A stretch of DNA of 64,000 nucleotides. Origin: Octopus sinensis. Taxonomy: Eukaryota. The notes under the pieces were generated by a model. It was not told the origin of the DNA. It was given only the letters and a program-made list of their open reading frames with translations, and did not search any database. Positions 61,259-64,000 of this stretch are shown piece by piece (position 1 is the first letter of the stretch; every line of letters begins with the position of its first letter). The position numbers and the translations under genes are program-made. The stretch is from positions 2,232,001 through 2,296,000 of the forward strand of contig NC_043006.1 in NCBI RefSeq assembly GCF_006345805.1, given 5' to 3'.

Positions 61259-61915
61259 AAGGAAACCAGAAATGAAAATAATGGTTTCAAATTTTGGCAC
61301 AAGGCCAGCAATTGGAGGGGGGAGTAAGTTGGTTACATTGACCTCCAGTGTTCAGCTGGTACTTATTTTATTGACCCCCAAGAGGATGAAAGGCAACGTC
61401 AGCCTTGGCGGAATTTGAACTCTAAGCATTTCACGCAGCACGCTAATGGTTCTGTCAGCTCTCGGCCTACTGTTAAATGTAAGGCTTATTTGTTCACATT
61501 GTTTTGAATTAATCCTGTATTATCTCATAACTCCAAGATTTCAATGATGTGATGGTTTGTTTTTAGAATGACATTATCTAGCAGTTGGCTGGCACTCGTC
61601 TTCAGCTGTGTAGACTGGAGCAATGTGAAATGAGGCAAGTTTCTCAAGGGTGCAACATCCTGCCAGTCTAGAAATTGAACCTATGACCTTATGGTCATCA
61701 AGCCAACCCCCTAACCACTGGGTCAGGCACCTTCACATATTTGACAACTAAATTGTGATAAATTAAAATAGCACAATGTAAATGAATGATTCTTGTCTAA
61801 AATGGAAGGGGAGATAAACCCTCAAAACTTAATTAATTAAATATGGAATGCAGTAGGGAGTGAATCTGGACTTCAGTATGATGGTCACAATTCCAGGTAT
61901 ATTTTGATCTTAATG

Positions 61916-61968
<53 letters not shown>

Positions 61969-61974
61969 ATATAG

Positions 61975-62248
61975 CCTTGTCTGGCACCTGTGTCGGGTGC
62001 ACATAAAAAAAATACACCATCCAAGCGTGGCCGTCTGCCAGCCTCGTCTGGCACCTGTGTTGGTGGCACATAAAATCACCCACTACACTCTCGGAGTGGT
62101 TGGCGTTAGGAAGGGCATCCAGCTGTAGAAACACTGCCAGATCTGACTGGCCTGGTGCAGCCTTCGGGCTTGCCAGACCCCAGTTGAACCGTCCAACCCA
62201 TGCTAGCATGGAAAGCGGACGTTAAACGATGATGATGATGATGATGAT
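61975..62248 (+). mobile_element. Young RTE LINE 3'-UTR fragment in (TA)n
   Basis: One mismatch over about 215 bp vs 38576-38790. Confidence 0.9.
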
Positions 62249-62737
62249 ATATATATATATATATACACAAAGCTTGTTTAGATGCTTCATATATATATAT
62301 ATTTGATGCATCTAGACAAGTGTGAATCTCTATATGTTTGTGTATTCATGTGTATGACTGAGTTTTTATAACAAAACTCAGAGACACCCTCTGTATAAAA
62401 ACTTAACAGTGAGTGGATGCTAACATACTTGATGTAGTAAGATGAAAAATTTTAATTACAATTACAGCTTTAGAGATTAAAGCAATCATTCTTTTTTTAT
62501 AAATTACTAAAATTGGAATTTTAATTAATTAAAACGCTTTTGCTTACTATATCAAGAATGTTTCAAGAATGTTAACACTCATTTTTATGTCTAAATTTTT
62601 TAGCAGAAGCAGGCCCTGTACATATTACCTCCACCATCATCATCCAACATTTTTTTTCAGATATAACACCAATTCTCAGTGTTCATGGCTCTCTTGTTAT
62701 TCTGGTTATGACAGTAAGACATATATATATATATAAA

Positions 62738-62970
62738 GGTGGTGAGCTGGCAGAAGCGTTAGCATGCTGGGCGAAATGCTTAGCAGTATTTCATCTGTGT
62801 GCTACGTTCTGAGTTCAAATTCTGCTGAGGTCGACTTTGCCTTTCATCCTTTCGGGGTCGATAAATTAAGTACCAGTTATGCACTGGAGTCGATGTAATC
62901 GACTTAATCCCTTTATCTGTCCTTGTTTGTCCCCTCTATGTTTAGCCCCTTGTGGGTAATAAAGAAATAA
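62738..62970 (+). mobile_element. tRNA-derived SINE family 2 (OR2-like from memory), full length
   Basis: GGTGGTGAGCTGGCAGAAGCGTTAG...GAGTTCAAATTC B box...AATAAAGAAATAA. Other copies about 16727-16940(+), 17060-17215(-), 61283-61455(-). Confidence 0.85.
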
Positions 62971-62992
62971 TATATATATATATATATATATA

Positions 62993-63761
62993 TCATCATC
63001 ATCGTTTAACGTCTGTTTTCCATGCTAGCATGGGTTGGATGGTTCAACTGGGGTCTGGGTAGCCAGAAGGCTGCGCCAGGCCCAGTCTGATCTGGCAGTG
63101 TTTCTACAGCTGGATGCCCTTCCTAACGCCAACCACTCCGTGAGTGTAATGGGTGCTTTTTACGTGCCACCTGCACAGGTGCCAGACGAGGCTCGCAACG
63201 GCCATGGTCGGATGGTGCTTTTTACGTGCCACCGGCATGGAGGCCAGTCGGGGTGGCGCTGGCAATGGCCACATTTGGATGGTTCTCTTATGTGCCACCG
63301 GCACAGGTATCACAGCTACAATTTCCATTGATGTTGATCGATTTTGATTTTCACTTGCCTCAACAGGTCTTCACAAATAGGGTTTGTGTCCCAAGAAGGA
63401 AAGGCATGCATAAGTGGACTGGCTACATCCCGGGTAGAGGCCATGGGTTATGGTCTCACTTGTCCTGCCGGGTCTTCCCATGCACAGCATACTTCCAAAG
63501 GTCTCGGTCTCTGGTCATTTCCTCGGTGTGACCTAAAGTTCAAAGGTCGTGCTTTACCACCTCGTCCCAGGTTTTCCTGGGTCTACCTCTTCCACAGGTT
63601 CCCTCAACCGCTAGGGTGTGGCACTTTTTCACACAACTATCTTCATCCATTCTCACTACTTGACCATACCAGTGTGAACGTCTCTCTTGCACACCACAAC
63701 TGATGCTTCTTAGGTTCAACTTTTCTCTCAAGGTACTTACACTCTGGTCGAGTATGAACAC
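62993..63761 (-). mobile_element. 5'-truncated RTE LINE in the TA tract after the family 2 SINE
   Basis: Minus ORF ...RRSHWYGQVVRMDEDSCVKKC...GRGRPRKTWDEVVKHDL, then 3' UTR and (GAT)n. Confidence 0.9.
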
Positions 63762-63775
63762 ATATATATATATAT

Positions 63776-63916
<141 letters not shown>

Positions 63917-64000
63917 TGGAGGCGCAATGGCCCAGTGGTTAGGGCAGCGGACTTGCGGTCGGAGGATCGCGGTTTCGGTTCCCAGACCGGGCGTTGTGGT

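Overview
AT-rich, microsatellite-saturated animal genomic DNA, almost entirely intronic or intergenic. The SINE families look like those I recall from Octopus, so a cephalopod origin is inferred, not verified. No complete host gene is visible, only a few candidate small exons on the + strand (8138-8186, 25316-25422, 40290-40412). Most ORFs in the track are translations of (TA)n/(CA)n/(CT)n/(GTAT)n repeats. The window is a stack of mobile elements: dozens of tRNA-derived SINEs (at least 4 families); many 5'-truncated copies of an RTE-clade LINE with a (GAT)n tail, including a 3.6-kb copy with APE, RT and a PHD finger; a Penelope-like element (RT + GIY-YIG); a full-length Tc1 relic; a decayed Helitron plus two non-autonomous Helitrons; hAT and Tc1 MITEs; a Gypsy fragment; an ORF1-only retroelement; and an R4/Dong-like 3' end. 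Two things stand out. (1) At least four unrelated short, often palindromic, non-coding repeat families each carry a type I hammerhead-ribozyme fold (CUGANGA...GAAA...NUH), with compensatory stem changes between copies in one family; this looks like a Penelope-pLTR/retrozyme-like system. (2) The RTE LINE nearly always sits in (TA)n-rich tracts, and twice forms head-to-head double insertions with both tails pointing outward inside the internal microsatellite of a single SINE. All coordinates were read by eye; boundaries of decayed repeats are approximate.
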